This document shows positions 44,824 through 53,607 of a DNA stretch of 64,000 nucleotides, piece by piece. Every line of letters begins with the position of its first letter. Positions within the stretch are counted from its first letter, which is position 1. Under the pieces are notes generated by a model that was not told where the DNA came from, did not search any database, and saw only the letters and a list, made by a program, of their open reading frames with translations. The translations under genes were made by a program, and so were the position numbers. The stretch comes from a virus: positions 1-64,000 of IMG/VR virus record IMGVR_UViG_3300037882_001492; one strand, 5' to 3'.

Positions 44824-45861
44824 TTATTTAGTCTTTTCGTGTTGTTCTTTAATCCAATTATAAGTTTTATATAAACCACTAAACAAATTAATTTTAGGCT
44901 CCCAACCTATTTCTGTTCGAACTATAGTATTGTCAGAGTTTCTTCCTCTAACTCCTATTGGACCATCTATATGTTTTATATTAATATCAAAATCCGAAAT
45001 TACAGAAAGGTCATCAACTAAATCATTTATTGAAACCATTTCTTCTGAACCGATATTATAAGGACCAACTTTATCAGATGCCATTAACGCTTGAATTCCC
45101 TCTAAACAATCTTCAATATACAAGAAAGATCTTGTCTGCTCACCGTCTCCCCAAACTTCGATTTCACAATAATCTCTGTATCCTCTGCTTCCTTCATGTT
45201 TGACAGCTTCAACAACTTTGCGGCATAAGGCAGCAGGAGCTTTTTCTTTTCCGCCTTTCCATGCTCCTTCCGGGCCATAAACATTATGAAGTCTTGCAAT
45301 TTTAATATTTAAACCAATATTTCTTTTTGCAGCCAAATAAAGTCTTTCAGAAAACAATTTCTCCCATCCATATTCTGAATCAGGGTTTGCGGGATAAGCA
45401 GAGTCTTCTTTACAGTTTGGGTTATTCGGGTCTTCTTGATTTTCTTTTGGGTAAATACAGGCCGAAGAGGAATAAAACACTTTAGTATGTTTTTGTAATC
45501 CATGCTTTTCAATTAATCGTAATAAATTCAAATTAATTGCCGCCGAATTACACATAATGTTAAAATCGTTATCCCCTGTAAAGATGTACCCGGCTCCCCC
45601 CATATCAGCCGCTAACTGATAAATTTCTAATGGACGATATCTCTCTAAAAACTCTGAGAGATAAGATGGATTTTCGGCAAGGTTTTCTATAACATATTCA
45701 TTGCAATAATTCGATGCAGCGGCATATTCACACTTATTTTTTATATCAAATACAATAACATATTTTCCTTGTTGTTTTAATCTACGAGCAAGATGGTGTC
45801 CAATAAACCCGGCCCCACCTAATACAAATACCACATTATCCAATTTGCTTGATGAAATCAT
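44824..45861 (-). CDS. NAD-dependent epimerase, GDP-mannose 3,5-epimerase-like
   Basis: GGAGFIG, QLAADMGGAGYI, YSSSACIYP, YGWEKL, GGKEKAPAALCRK, WGDGEQTRSF. Confidence 0.9.
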   Translation of the reverse strand: MISSSKLDNVVFVLGGAGFIGHHLARRLKQQGKYVIVFDIKNKCEYAAASNYCNEYVIENLAENPSYLSEFLERYRPLEIYQLAADMGGAGYIFTGDNDFNIMCNSAAINLNLLRLIEKHGLQKHTKVFYSSSACIYPKENQEDPNNPNCKEDSAYPANPDSEYGWEKLFSERLYLAAKRNIGLNIKIARLHNVYGPEGAWKGGKEKAPAALCRKVVEAVKHEGSRGYRDYCEIEVWGDGEQTRSFLYIEDCLEGIQALMASDKVGPYNIGSEEMVSINDLVDDLSVISDFDINIKHIDGPIGVRGRNSDNTIVRTEIGWEPKINLFSGLYKTYNWIKEQHEKTK

Positions 45862-46849
45862 TATATAATTTCTCCGGGGTTTTATTTAGAAATACTTCTA
45901 TGTTTTTAATACTAGATTTTTGGAGTTCTAGAAAATCACTTGAATTATAGTTTAATAATTTTTCTGTCAAAGATTCATGGTCTAAAATAGTGATTCCGAC
46001 TTCTGGCATTAAATATGCTTTCTCTTCTTGAAAATCTGTGTTAAGCATTAAACACCCGGCTGCCATTAAATCAAAGGTTCTGTAGCTTATTCTTGCATGA
46101 CCAGTTGGGTTCATACCAATCTTGTGTATAAACAAAAGATGCATATATGAATGCATAGAAATTCTTTCTTGGCTTAAATTTACAACTCCTTTACCAAAAT
46201 ATTTGGTCTGCCATTCTTCGGACATGTTTGTATCTTTAGCGCCAAAAACTAAGCCGCCTCTGAAATTTGCATTTTTCTGTCTTAAATCTAACAACCAATC
46301 AATCCGCTGGTTATACATTGGTATTCCATCATCCCACACCCCAATACTTTTTGCTTCCAAAAATTCTCTATTCACAGCAGAACCTTTGTAAGACCCAATA
46401 AAAGTTGGCGAAAAATACCCCACGGGGCAATCTAAAAATGTCCCTACGGAACTTTTAGTTTCTTTTGCAATTTCAGCAATATATTTCAGTTGCCAAAAAT
46501 TAGCAGGAGGAAACCCAATATTTTTTAACTTGTCCGGGCGATCGTGATTATCAACCCAAGTGTATTTAACATACGCTGTTGCTTTGTCTTTAAAATAAAG
46601 GTACGCGGGACCAGGATTGAAATGTCTTGGATCGTCTTCACAATCAAACAAGAATAAATGTTTATACTTACCCTTTATTGACAAAACACTACAACTAGAA
46701 TCAATGAAAATTAAATCATATGAACCAGGAATCGTATATTCAATTGAAGTTTGTGAAACACAATCAACAGTTAAACCTAAAGCACCAACAAGACTTTGAA
46801 GAAGTCTGTAATAGTGTTTATCGTGACCACGAACAAGAAGGACTTTCAT
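45836..46849 (-). CDS. Putative glycosyltransferase (CgeB-like C-terminus)
   Basis: NPTG...SYRTFDLMAAGC; cluster context. Confidence 0.55.
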   Translation of the reverse strand: MKVLLVRGHDKHYYRLLQSLVGALGLTVDCVSQTSIEYTIPGSYDLIFIDSSCSVLSIKGKYKHLFLFDCEDDPRHFNPGPAYLYFKDKATAYVKYTWVDNHDRPDKLKNIGFPPANFWQLKYIAEIAKETKSSVGTFLDCPVGYFSPTFIGSYKGSAVNREFLEAKSIGVWDDGIPMYNQRIDWLLDLRQKNANFRGGLVFGAKDTNMSEEWQTKYFGKGVVNLSQERISMHSYMHLLFIHKIGMNPTGHARISYRTFDLMAAGCLMLNTDFQEEKAYLMPEVGITILDHESLTEKLLNYNSSDFLELQKSSIKNIEVFLNKTPEKLYNDFIKQIG

Positions 46850-47454
46850 TAATTTTTCTCGAATACAGCACACAAAACTCCATGAACTTTTCCAGACGGA
46901 TCATGCCAATCAGGAAACTCTTTCACTTTTTCTAAACTCCATTCATTGTTTTGTAAATAATAAGTAAAATAGTTTCGCATCTTCATTCCACGAAACATTT
47001 CATCTATTATTTGATAATTATAGGTATGGTGGTAATTTTGCCATTTAAATGTTTTTCCGTAAGGAACTGTTAATACAAGTCGGCCTCCAAAATTTAGCAT
47101 TCCTATTGCTTTCTCGATAGCTTTTTTATCATATCCTTCTCTAAACACTAAATCACTTTCAGTACATTGAGGAAAATGTTCAAGCGAGGAAATGAACATT
47201 ATAATATCAAATTTTCTATATTCAAAATTATAAGTTACAAAATCACCTTGATAAGCACCACCTCTGAAATCACAAACTTGATACAGATTATTTATAGTTA
47301 ATTTAGAAACGATTGGCGACCACTCTTTAACAAGAGTAGGAATTCCCCCTACATCTAAAATCTGTTTATTTTTCCAAGTTTCAGCCAACTCACCAACAAA
47401 ACGAAGTTCAACACTTCGTTCAGAATTCAAATCATTAGGAATTACGGTTTTCAT
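46849..47454 (-). CDS. SAM-dependent methyltransferase
   Basis: ER.VE, ILDVG, FD.I..ISSLEH, L..GG.L.LTVP.G. Confidence 0.8.
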   Translation of the reverse strand: MKTVIPNDLNSERSVELRFVGELAETWKNKQILDVGGIPTLVKEWSPIVSKLTINNLYQVCDFRGGAYQGDFVTYNFEYRKFDIIMFISSLEHFPQCTESDLVFREGYDKKAIEKAIGMLNFGGRLVLTVPYGKTFKWQNYHHTYNYQIIDEMFRGMKMRNYFTYYLQNNEWSLEKVKEFPDWHDPSGKVHGVLCAVFEKN

Positions 47455-48053
47455 TTTTTAGGTGTTAAAATAAGAAATCCTTGATGGCGCAAACTAATTT
47501 CATAGTTGTATTCAGGCCACGGATTTTCTAAAATATCAAGTTTTTTATTGCCATATTTAGCGGTAAAGTCATTGTTTTTTAATTCAACAGGAATATCCAT
47601 ATAGAGTTGCATATCGTCTATAATAAAGCAATCCTTGTTATTTGGGCGATACTTTCTAATCAATGCCAACTCATCGTTTAATGGCATATGAAGTGGCGAT
47701 TCTTTTAAATACTCATAATCATTATAATGAAAATCTGCACCTGGGAAATGAGCGTCTAACCAAAATAAAATTGGGGGGCTTTTTATATTACCTTGCAATA
47801 ATAACTCCAAACCATCTAAAGAAGGTTGATTTAAAATATGGACTCGCTCATTTCCAAAGAATCTTTCTCCACTTATTTCGGCCAATTCTTTTATTACTTC
47901 GATTGACCATAAAGTGTTGAACGGGTATTTAAGTGCATGAGCCAATCCGTCTCCTTTCCCTGTCCCGGTTTCAACGAAAGTTTTACAACCTAAATCTATA
48001 AACCGTTGAAGATTAAATAAGTTGAGTTCACCCATTATACTTTCCTCAACCAA
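47451..48053 (-). CDS. Methyltransferase-like protein
   Basis: FVETGT..G, SIE, FWLDAH, IIDD. Confidence 0.7.
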   Translation of the reverse strand: MVEESIMGELNLFNLQRFIDLGCKTFVETGTGKGDGLAHALKYPFNTLWSIEVIKELAEISGERFFGNERVHILNQPSLDGLELLLQGNIKSPPILFWLDAHFPGADFHYNDYEYLKESPLHMPLNDELALIRKYRPNNKDCFIIDDMQLYMDIPVELKNNDFTAKYGNKKLDILENPWPEYNYEISLRHQGFLILTPKK

Positions 48054-49018
48054 TAAGTAAACAAGTCATTTAAAGTTTCTTCAATTGTATAGGTTTGCAC
48101 CCATCCAGTTAATTCGTGTAATTTTGTCGAATCACCGTGTTGATAATGAATATCGTGAGGACGATAATATTTTGGGTCAACTTCCTTTTTAACTTCAAAA
48201 CCAGCGATCTTTATTAACTCGTCGGTATAAAAACCCATTTTTCTAGGTGTGTCTCCGCAAACATTAAATACTTGTCCACTAGATTCGTCTCTTCTCATTA
48301 AAAGATAGTAAGCTAGAACTGTATCACGAACATCCATAACTACCCTTGTAGTTTCTAAATTACCTACTTTTAAAATTGGTGGAGTGTCTGTACGCTGAAA
48401 TCGTCCTAATCTAACAAGGTTATAAGCATCACAAGAAATAGAAAAATTTCTTCCTCGCCTTGGTCCAGTATGGCTAAATGCGCGAGTAATAAATGCATTG
48501 ATTTTACCGTTTGTCATTCGCTCTTGCAAATACAAATCAATAGCAGCCTTTGAATTACCGTAAGGATTTGAAGGCAAAACAGGATCAGATTCTTTTAATA
48601 ATCTACCATCGCTTCCCGTATTTCCATACACTTCCGAAGTAGAGCAAAACATAAGTTTGCAATGGGGTTGGTAGTAAATTATAGATTCAATCAAATTAAT
48701 TGAACCAATAACATTATCTTGATAAGTTCCAATTGGATCTAGAAAACTAGTTGGGGGATGAGATTGTGCTGCTAGATGAAATACTCCATCGAACATAACC
48801 TCTTTTAACAATTTATCAATCGTATGTTTATCTCTTAGATTGCCATAATGGAATATCAATTTAGAGAAATCTTCCACACTCATCACATCCAAAATATCGG
48901 TTTCCATTCCATTTGATCCTCTAACAAGACCATGAACTTCATTCCCATTTTTAATGAGAAGATTTGCTAAATGAGGTCCAGCAAAACCCGTAATTCCTGT
49001 AATTAAATATCGTGCCAT
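48035..49018 (-). CDS. GDP-mannose 4,6-dehydratase / Rmd-like SDR
   Basis: LITGITGFAG.HLA, FHLAAQS, STSEVYG, PYG.SK, R.F.HTGPRRG. Confidence 0.88.
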   Translation of the reverse strand: MARYLITGITGFAGPHLANLLIKNGNEVHGLVRGSNGMETDILDVMSVEDFSKLIFHYGNLRDKHTIDKLLKEVMFDGVFHLAAQSHPPTSFLDPIGTYQDNVIGSINLIESIIYYQPHCKLMFCSTSEVYGNTGSDGRLLKESDPVLPSNPYGNSKAAIDLYLQERMTNGKINAFITRAFSHTGPRRGRNFSISCDAYNLVRLGRFQRTDTPPILKVGNLETTRVVMDVRDTVLAYYLLMRRDESSGQVFNVCGDTPRKMGFYTDELIKIAGFEVKKEVDPKYYRPHDIHYQHGDSTKLHELTGWVQTYTIEETLNDLFTYWLRKV

Positions 49019-49021
49019 ATT

Positions 49022-49756
49022 TTATCCTTTTATTATAGAATCTTTTCCAATATAATCTAACTTCCAGTCAGAAGAAACTGTAAATCGGGTACCCTCCGGG
49101 GAAGCTTTTCTGCGTAATAAATAACAATCCTTTGTAATTATATTCTTAATACCGTCCAAAAATTGATGAACTGCGCTCTCAACTACATAAATTTCTTTTG
49201 CTAAGGTCATAATTAAATACCAATCTTTTATAGAAAACCCTGTAATGGGTTCGATTTCAATAATTGGTAATTCTGTTTTAGGCATTTCAGCAATATCTCC
49301 CAATGAATCTTTTCTATGCACAAGGGCATAAGGTTTATCCGCTATAATTTTTTTCATTAATTGATATTCTTTTTCCCCATTTCGTACAAAAGTTAAAGAG
49401 TGTTTAAATCTAAATGGAACTTCGGCAATGCGATATTTGTATAGTTCAAAATTTTCATCTGTTCTTTGCTGATAACGAATCGGAAAACGATCCGATAGAT
49501 TTAAAATTTTATCATAGGAATTAGTGTTTTGAAACTCATATGCTTTTATGGAGCATTCCATTAACCAATCATCGAATTTTCCTTCGTATTTAATTGGAAT
49601 AACATTTGCGTACCAAAACCCATCTAGTTCTTTTACTAAATCTTCTCTGACAGGCCAATCTACTTGATATTCCTGGTCATAATAAAATTTAGCGATTGGG
49701 GCGCATAGAAATAAATCTCCTAAACCTCCTGGTTGAATTAACAATAATTTTTTCAT
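49022..49756 (-). CDS. GT9-like glycosyltransferase
   Basis: QPGGLGD...C.PI, ESA..H. Confidence 0.55.
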   Translation of the reverse strand: MKKLLLIQPGGLGDLFLCAPIAKFYYDQEYQVDWPVREDLVKELDGFWYANVIPIKYEGKFDDWLMECSIKAYEFQNTNSYDKILNLSDRFPIRYQQRTDENFELYKYRIAEVPFRFKHSLTFVRNGEKEYQLMKKIIADKPYALVHRKDSLGDIAEMPKTELPIIEIEPITGFSIKDWYLIMTLAKEIYVVESAVHQFLDGIKNIITKDCYLLRRKASPEGTRFTVSSDWKLDYIGKDSIIKG

Positions 49757-50346
49757 TTATTTCGTCTAAATAAATAGAAGTAAATTGGCTGATCTATCCA
49801 TTCTTCTGTTTTAAGAAGCGGGAGCAAGCGGTAAGAATAGTCTTTATCCTCTCCCATTGAAATATCAGGAAATTTGACTTGCAAAGCCAATTCCCGCTTA
49901 ACAGGATTTAAATGGTTTGGGCATCTGAAATAGATTTTCTTACCTTGAAAAATGTATGATTTTTCGAACCATTCTTTACATTGAATTGTATGAAATGATC
50001 TTTCCGCATTCTGACCGTCAGTTGTCATAATAAGATTCATACCAACAACATCTGGTTTAGATTCGATAGCCTTCAATACCAGTTCAATGTAGTTTGGTGC
50101 CACTAAATCATCATCGTCTATAAAAGCAACATAATCTCCTTTCGACCAAGCTAAAAGATTATTTCTTTTTTCGCCAATTGAAATATCGTCTCTAGTATCG
50201 TATAAAATTTCAACTTGTCCAGAGTCTTCTAATAAATTTTTTTGTATATCTAAATTAGCATACAATCTAACAAAAAACTGTCGTCTATTTTTTAATGTAG
50301 GAATTAAAATACTTAATTTAGGTTTTTGAATTTCAGGCATAAACAT
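49753..50346 (-). CDS. GT2 glycosyltransferase
   Basis: LSILIPT, IGEKRN, YVAFIDDDD, GEDKD. Confidence 0.88.
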   Translation of the reverse strand: MFMPEIQKPKLSILIPTLKNRRQFFVRLYANLDIQKNLLEDSGQVEILYDTRDDISIGEKRNNLLAWSKGDYVAFIDDDDLVAPNYIELVLKAIESKPDVVGMNLIMTTDGQNAERSFHTIQCKEWFEKSYIFQGKKIYFRCPNHLNPVKRELALQVKFPDISMGEDKDYSYRLLPLLKTEEWIDQPIYFYLFRRNK

Positions 50347-50948
50347 TAAAAATGAGGCTCCAAAGGCCTTGAAGTTTCTTCGTTTGAATGACCATCGTTC
50401 TGATAGAAAATTGATTTCTCAAGACAGTAAACTTCTCTATCTTTCATTCGCATTGCAACTAGTTCGTCGCAGCCGCCAACAGGATTTCTAATAAATTCTA
50501 TTAAATCATTAGAAACTTCTTCACCATAAGTTGAAGTAAAAGGATAAAAAATTGAATGCATACCCAGCATATTATATGGCCGGATATGAGAAAATTTATG
50601 GAAAGATGAAATACAACCTCGGTATTGCGATTTTCCACGAATCATCCCATAATGAGAATGCCCTAAATACACAGCATCCATATAAGATTCAATTTCAAAT
50701 TCGGTTTTAAAATTTAAAATATTACAATCGTCTTCAATAATTAAAACCGATCGATGCTTATTTTTTGCCAAAACTTTTAAATGCTGCTTAGCTATACCAA
50801 CTGTATAAGGGTGCGTAATTTCACCGAAATCAAATTCTAGATTAGTAATTCCTAATTTATCACATATACCTGCAATACGCCCCTGTCTGTCTTTATTTTT
50901 TTCAATAGTAAGGCAAACGACAGGAATTTCACTTAATTTAATTAGCAT
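50346..50948 (-). CDS. GT25-like glycosyltransferase
   Basis: R..R, H...L, LIIEDD, YLG. Confidence 0.7.
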   Translation of the reverse strand: MLIKLSEIPVVCLTIEKNKDRQGRIAGICDKLGITNLEFDFGEITHPYTVGIAKQHLKVLAKNKHRSVLIIEDDCNILNFKTEFEIESYMDAVYLGHSHYGMIRGKSQYRGCISSFHKFSHIRPYNMLGMHSIFYPFTSTYGEEVSNDLIEFIRNPVGGCDELVAMRMKDREVYCLEKSIFYQNDGHSNEETSRPLEPHF

Positions 50949-51828
50949 CTAAAAACTCCTTAAAATAATTAAGCCATTGATATCTGCTTCTTTCAATATC
51001 ATCCAATAGCATTTGTTTTGTCGCTAGTTTTCCATCTTTTGATAGTTCAAAGAACCAATGGAAAAATCCAGTATTATCCGATGTTAATAATTCACACCCT
51101 GCCAAACAAGCTTCTAATAATACTCTACTAAAGGACTCCGGGTATTGTGGTAAAAATGCAAAATATTGATGCTTAACCAACTCATCTTTCCACTCGTTGA
51201 ATTCATATTGAATGTTAGAATCAACAGGAAATTTAACTAACTTTGCATTTGGTTCGTTTAAAACCATCTGTTCAGCTTCTTTAGTTCCTTTAATCCAATT
51301 CTTACTATTAAGAATTAATGTTGTATTTTGTCTGCTTTCAAACGGTTGACTTAATCCTTTTTCATAAAGGTCTTTATAGAGTTTAATGTCGTGTCTAGAG
51401 AAAAAGGGAGTTCCAAACAATCTAGAGGGGTAAACTCCACTCTCTGCCAATCTATTGAATAGTCTTACTTGTGCGCTAGATTGAAAAACAACCTCTTTTG
51501 CATTATTATAAAACTCAACAGGATTAGTTTTCGAACCCCAATGAACCGTCATGTACGGGTTTCGATGAACAAGAATTTGATAATCGTGTTCAATTACAAT
51601 ATAAGGTTTTCCTTTCAATCGTTGAATAAGCTCATCGTAATCAAACAATGAACGATTGGATACGATAGAAGGCAACTCATCATTGAAATTCATCCAATTA
51701 GGAGAAACCCAATTAGAGTTATACCCAATATCTTCTAACTCTTTTAATAAAGAGTTATCGCATTTTTCTGCACCGCCCGGACTTTGCTCTAATGTAAAGT
51801 CAGTTATGAAATTAAAATATCGTGCCAT
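50938..51828 (-). CDS. GT4-like glycosyltransferase
   Basis: GGAE, KG, ESFSRVLLEA.LAGC (EX7E). Confidence 0.75.
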   Translation of the reverse strand: MARYFNFITDFTLEQSPGGAEKCDNSLLKELEDIGYNSNWVSPNWMNFNDELPSIVSNRSLFDYDELIQRLKGKPYIVIEHDYQILVHRNPYMTVHWGSKTNPVEFYNNAKEVVFQSSAQVRLFNRLAESGVYPSRLFGTPFFSRHDIKLYKDLYEKGLSQPFESRQNTTLILNSKNWIKGTKEAEQMVLNEPNAKLVKFPVDSNIQYEFNEWKDELVKHQYFAFLPQYPESFSRVLLEACLAGCELLTSDNTGFFHWFFELSKDGKLATKQMLLDDIERSRYQWLNYFKEFLDAN

Positions 51829-52616
51829 TAAATATATTGATGTTTTCCTTCTTCGGTTTTGTGTCTGAATACGATAGCAGGATAAGTTTTATTAACTTCC
51901 AAAACTAACTGTTTATCAAGTCCCATTGCAATTGCCCCAGGTAATCCTTCGTTTGATACAAAATGATCGCACTTATCAATAAGTCTAGCCATCTGTAATG
52001 CGTCCGTAATAAGAATTCTAGGGATCTTACTTTCAGTAACTTCCTGAATAACTTGATACTCTAAATCAGTTCCTATGAATCCAATTTTAGATCCGTCTTT
52101 AATTCGATCAGGTACAAATTTCTCCCAAAAGGCATGGTTGCCTTGTGATCTTAAAGTTCTGTTTAGAATAATATCAAACTTCTCTTCATTATTTTCTCCT
52201 ACTTCTAACCATCTTTCAGTTAGTTTTGGAAAAGATTCCATACCTTCCTTATCTTTAATAACATTAGTAGCAGCCAAATGAGATAGAACTAAGTTATTGA
52301 CTCCAATTGCATTTCTAAACAAATTCAAATCAATGTATTCAACTCCTGGTTGAATAATCTCTGTTACTTGATTACGGATCAATCCAATATAAGATTGCTT
52401 CTCAAGTAACGGTAGTAAGAATTTATATGCTGTCTCATTGAACTTGGTAAATCCTCTTGCTGGAACTGCACGATATGGAGCCATTTTACCTTTTCCACCG
52501 TTGCAATCCAATTCAAGATCAACAAAATTTCCTTGATTTTTAAAATAGCGTAAAACTGGCAGAGAGAATATAATATCCCCCATATCCCCGTAATGTTTGA
52601 ATATGATTTTATTCAT
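51828..52616 (-). CDS. GT9-like glycosyltransferase
   Basis: GDMGDIIFSLP, FIG...E, A.LI...FVSN.G.P..IA.GL. Confidence 0.65.
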   Translation of the reverse strand: MNKIIFKHYGDMGDIIFSLPVLRYFKNQGNFVDLELDCNGGKGKMAPYRAVPARGFTKFNETAYKFLLPLLEKQSYIGLIRNQVTEIIQPGVEYIDLNLFRNAIGVNNLVLSHLAATNVIKDKEGMESFPKLTERWLEVGENNEEKFDIILNRTLRSQGNHAFWEKFVPDRIKDGSKIGFIGTDLEYQVIQEVTESKIPRILITDALQMARLIDKCDHFVSNEGLPGAIAMGLDKQLVLEVNKTYPAIVFRHKTEEGKHQYI

Positions 52617-52780
52617 CTAATCCTAATCTCTGCCTCCAACCCTCTGTTCCAAAGAAATCTTCCAAATCTCCCTCATCAAGTAATTTTTCTAGGTCATTAA
52701 TATAATCAACAACTTGCTGTGCCTCATCATCAGAAAGCTTGTTGACGACTAATTTTCCTATTAACATGCATATGTATTTA

Positions 52781-53119
52781 TTATTCATAAATTATCTTTA
52801 ATGCGTTACAGATATTTTCTGCCCCTTGTTTTTGACATTTAGTTTTAAGAATTAAATGAACCCAAATTGTAGAAATATCTCCTTTAAGGCTCAGTTTCCC
52901 TGTAGTATATTGAAACATATAATAGTTACTATCCTCGGTAATATTCCATCTTGGACCTAAAATTACTTTCATCCGTGTAATTTCATCTTCTTCGATTTTA
53001 GCGTGGTAGATCCGTTCAATTAAATTTTCTACATCCACTCTGACGCGCTGACCGTGTGAATACATTTCAGCGTAATCTTTTAATTTTCCAATAATTATGT
53101 CTTTTAGTGTTCGTTCCAT
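52781..53119 (-). CDS. Hypothetical protein
   Basis: 112 aa in operon. Confidence 0.55.
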   Translation of the reverse strand: MERTLKDIIIGKLKDYAEMYSHGQRVRVDVENLIERIYHAKIEEDEITRMKVILGPRWNITEDSNYYMFQYTTGKLSLKGDISTIWVHLILKTKCQKQGAENICNALKIIYE

Positions 53120-53120
53120 T

Positions 53121-53348
53121 TTATTTAAGGTATAGGTTTGCAGCCCGTTTGAGTTTTATGAGTTCTATTTTTTGATTAATGAGATTGATTGTCGAAAAAG
53201 TTCGTGGTTCCCAGCCATAAAAAGTTCGTACAGTATTTAATAATTCATTTAAATCGTTCAAGTCTTCTCCCTCTAAAATCTTTCTAACTTCAATAGAATT
53301 AAGAAAGTATTCTACTTTATAATTCTGTGAGTAAGAAGGTATTGCCAT
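53121..53348 (-). CDS. Hypothetical protein
   Basis: 75 aa in operon. Confidence 0.55.
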   Translation of the reverse strand: MAIPSYSQNYKVEYFLNSIEVRKILEGEDLNDLNELLNTVRTFYGWEPRTFSTINLINQKIELIKLKRAANLYLK

Positions 53349-53349
53349 T

Positions 53350-53607
53350 TTATTTTATAATGCGACGATCCACGATTACTTCCCAAGGTCCATATTTTTT
53401 AACCTTTTTATGACCGCAAAATTCTACACTTTCGCCTGTAGTACGACTAGTGTATAAATCATGTTCGGCGTTAGTCATTTGCTGACCACCAGCACCGCCA
53501 TGACATAAAGAACCGGAAGCATGACCAATAGTAAATCTTTGATGAATTAATTCCATCGGATAACATTTTAACGCTTCACACGCTAATTGAATTTGATATA
53601 AACTCAT
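53350..53607 (-). CDS. Hypothetical protein
   Basis: 85 aa in operon. Confidence 0.55.
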   Translation of the reverse strand: MSLYQIQLACEALKCYPMELIHQRFTIGHASGSLCHGGAGGQQMTNAEHDLYTSRTTGESVEFCGHKKVKKYGPWEVIVDRRIIK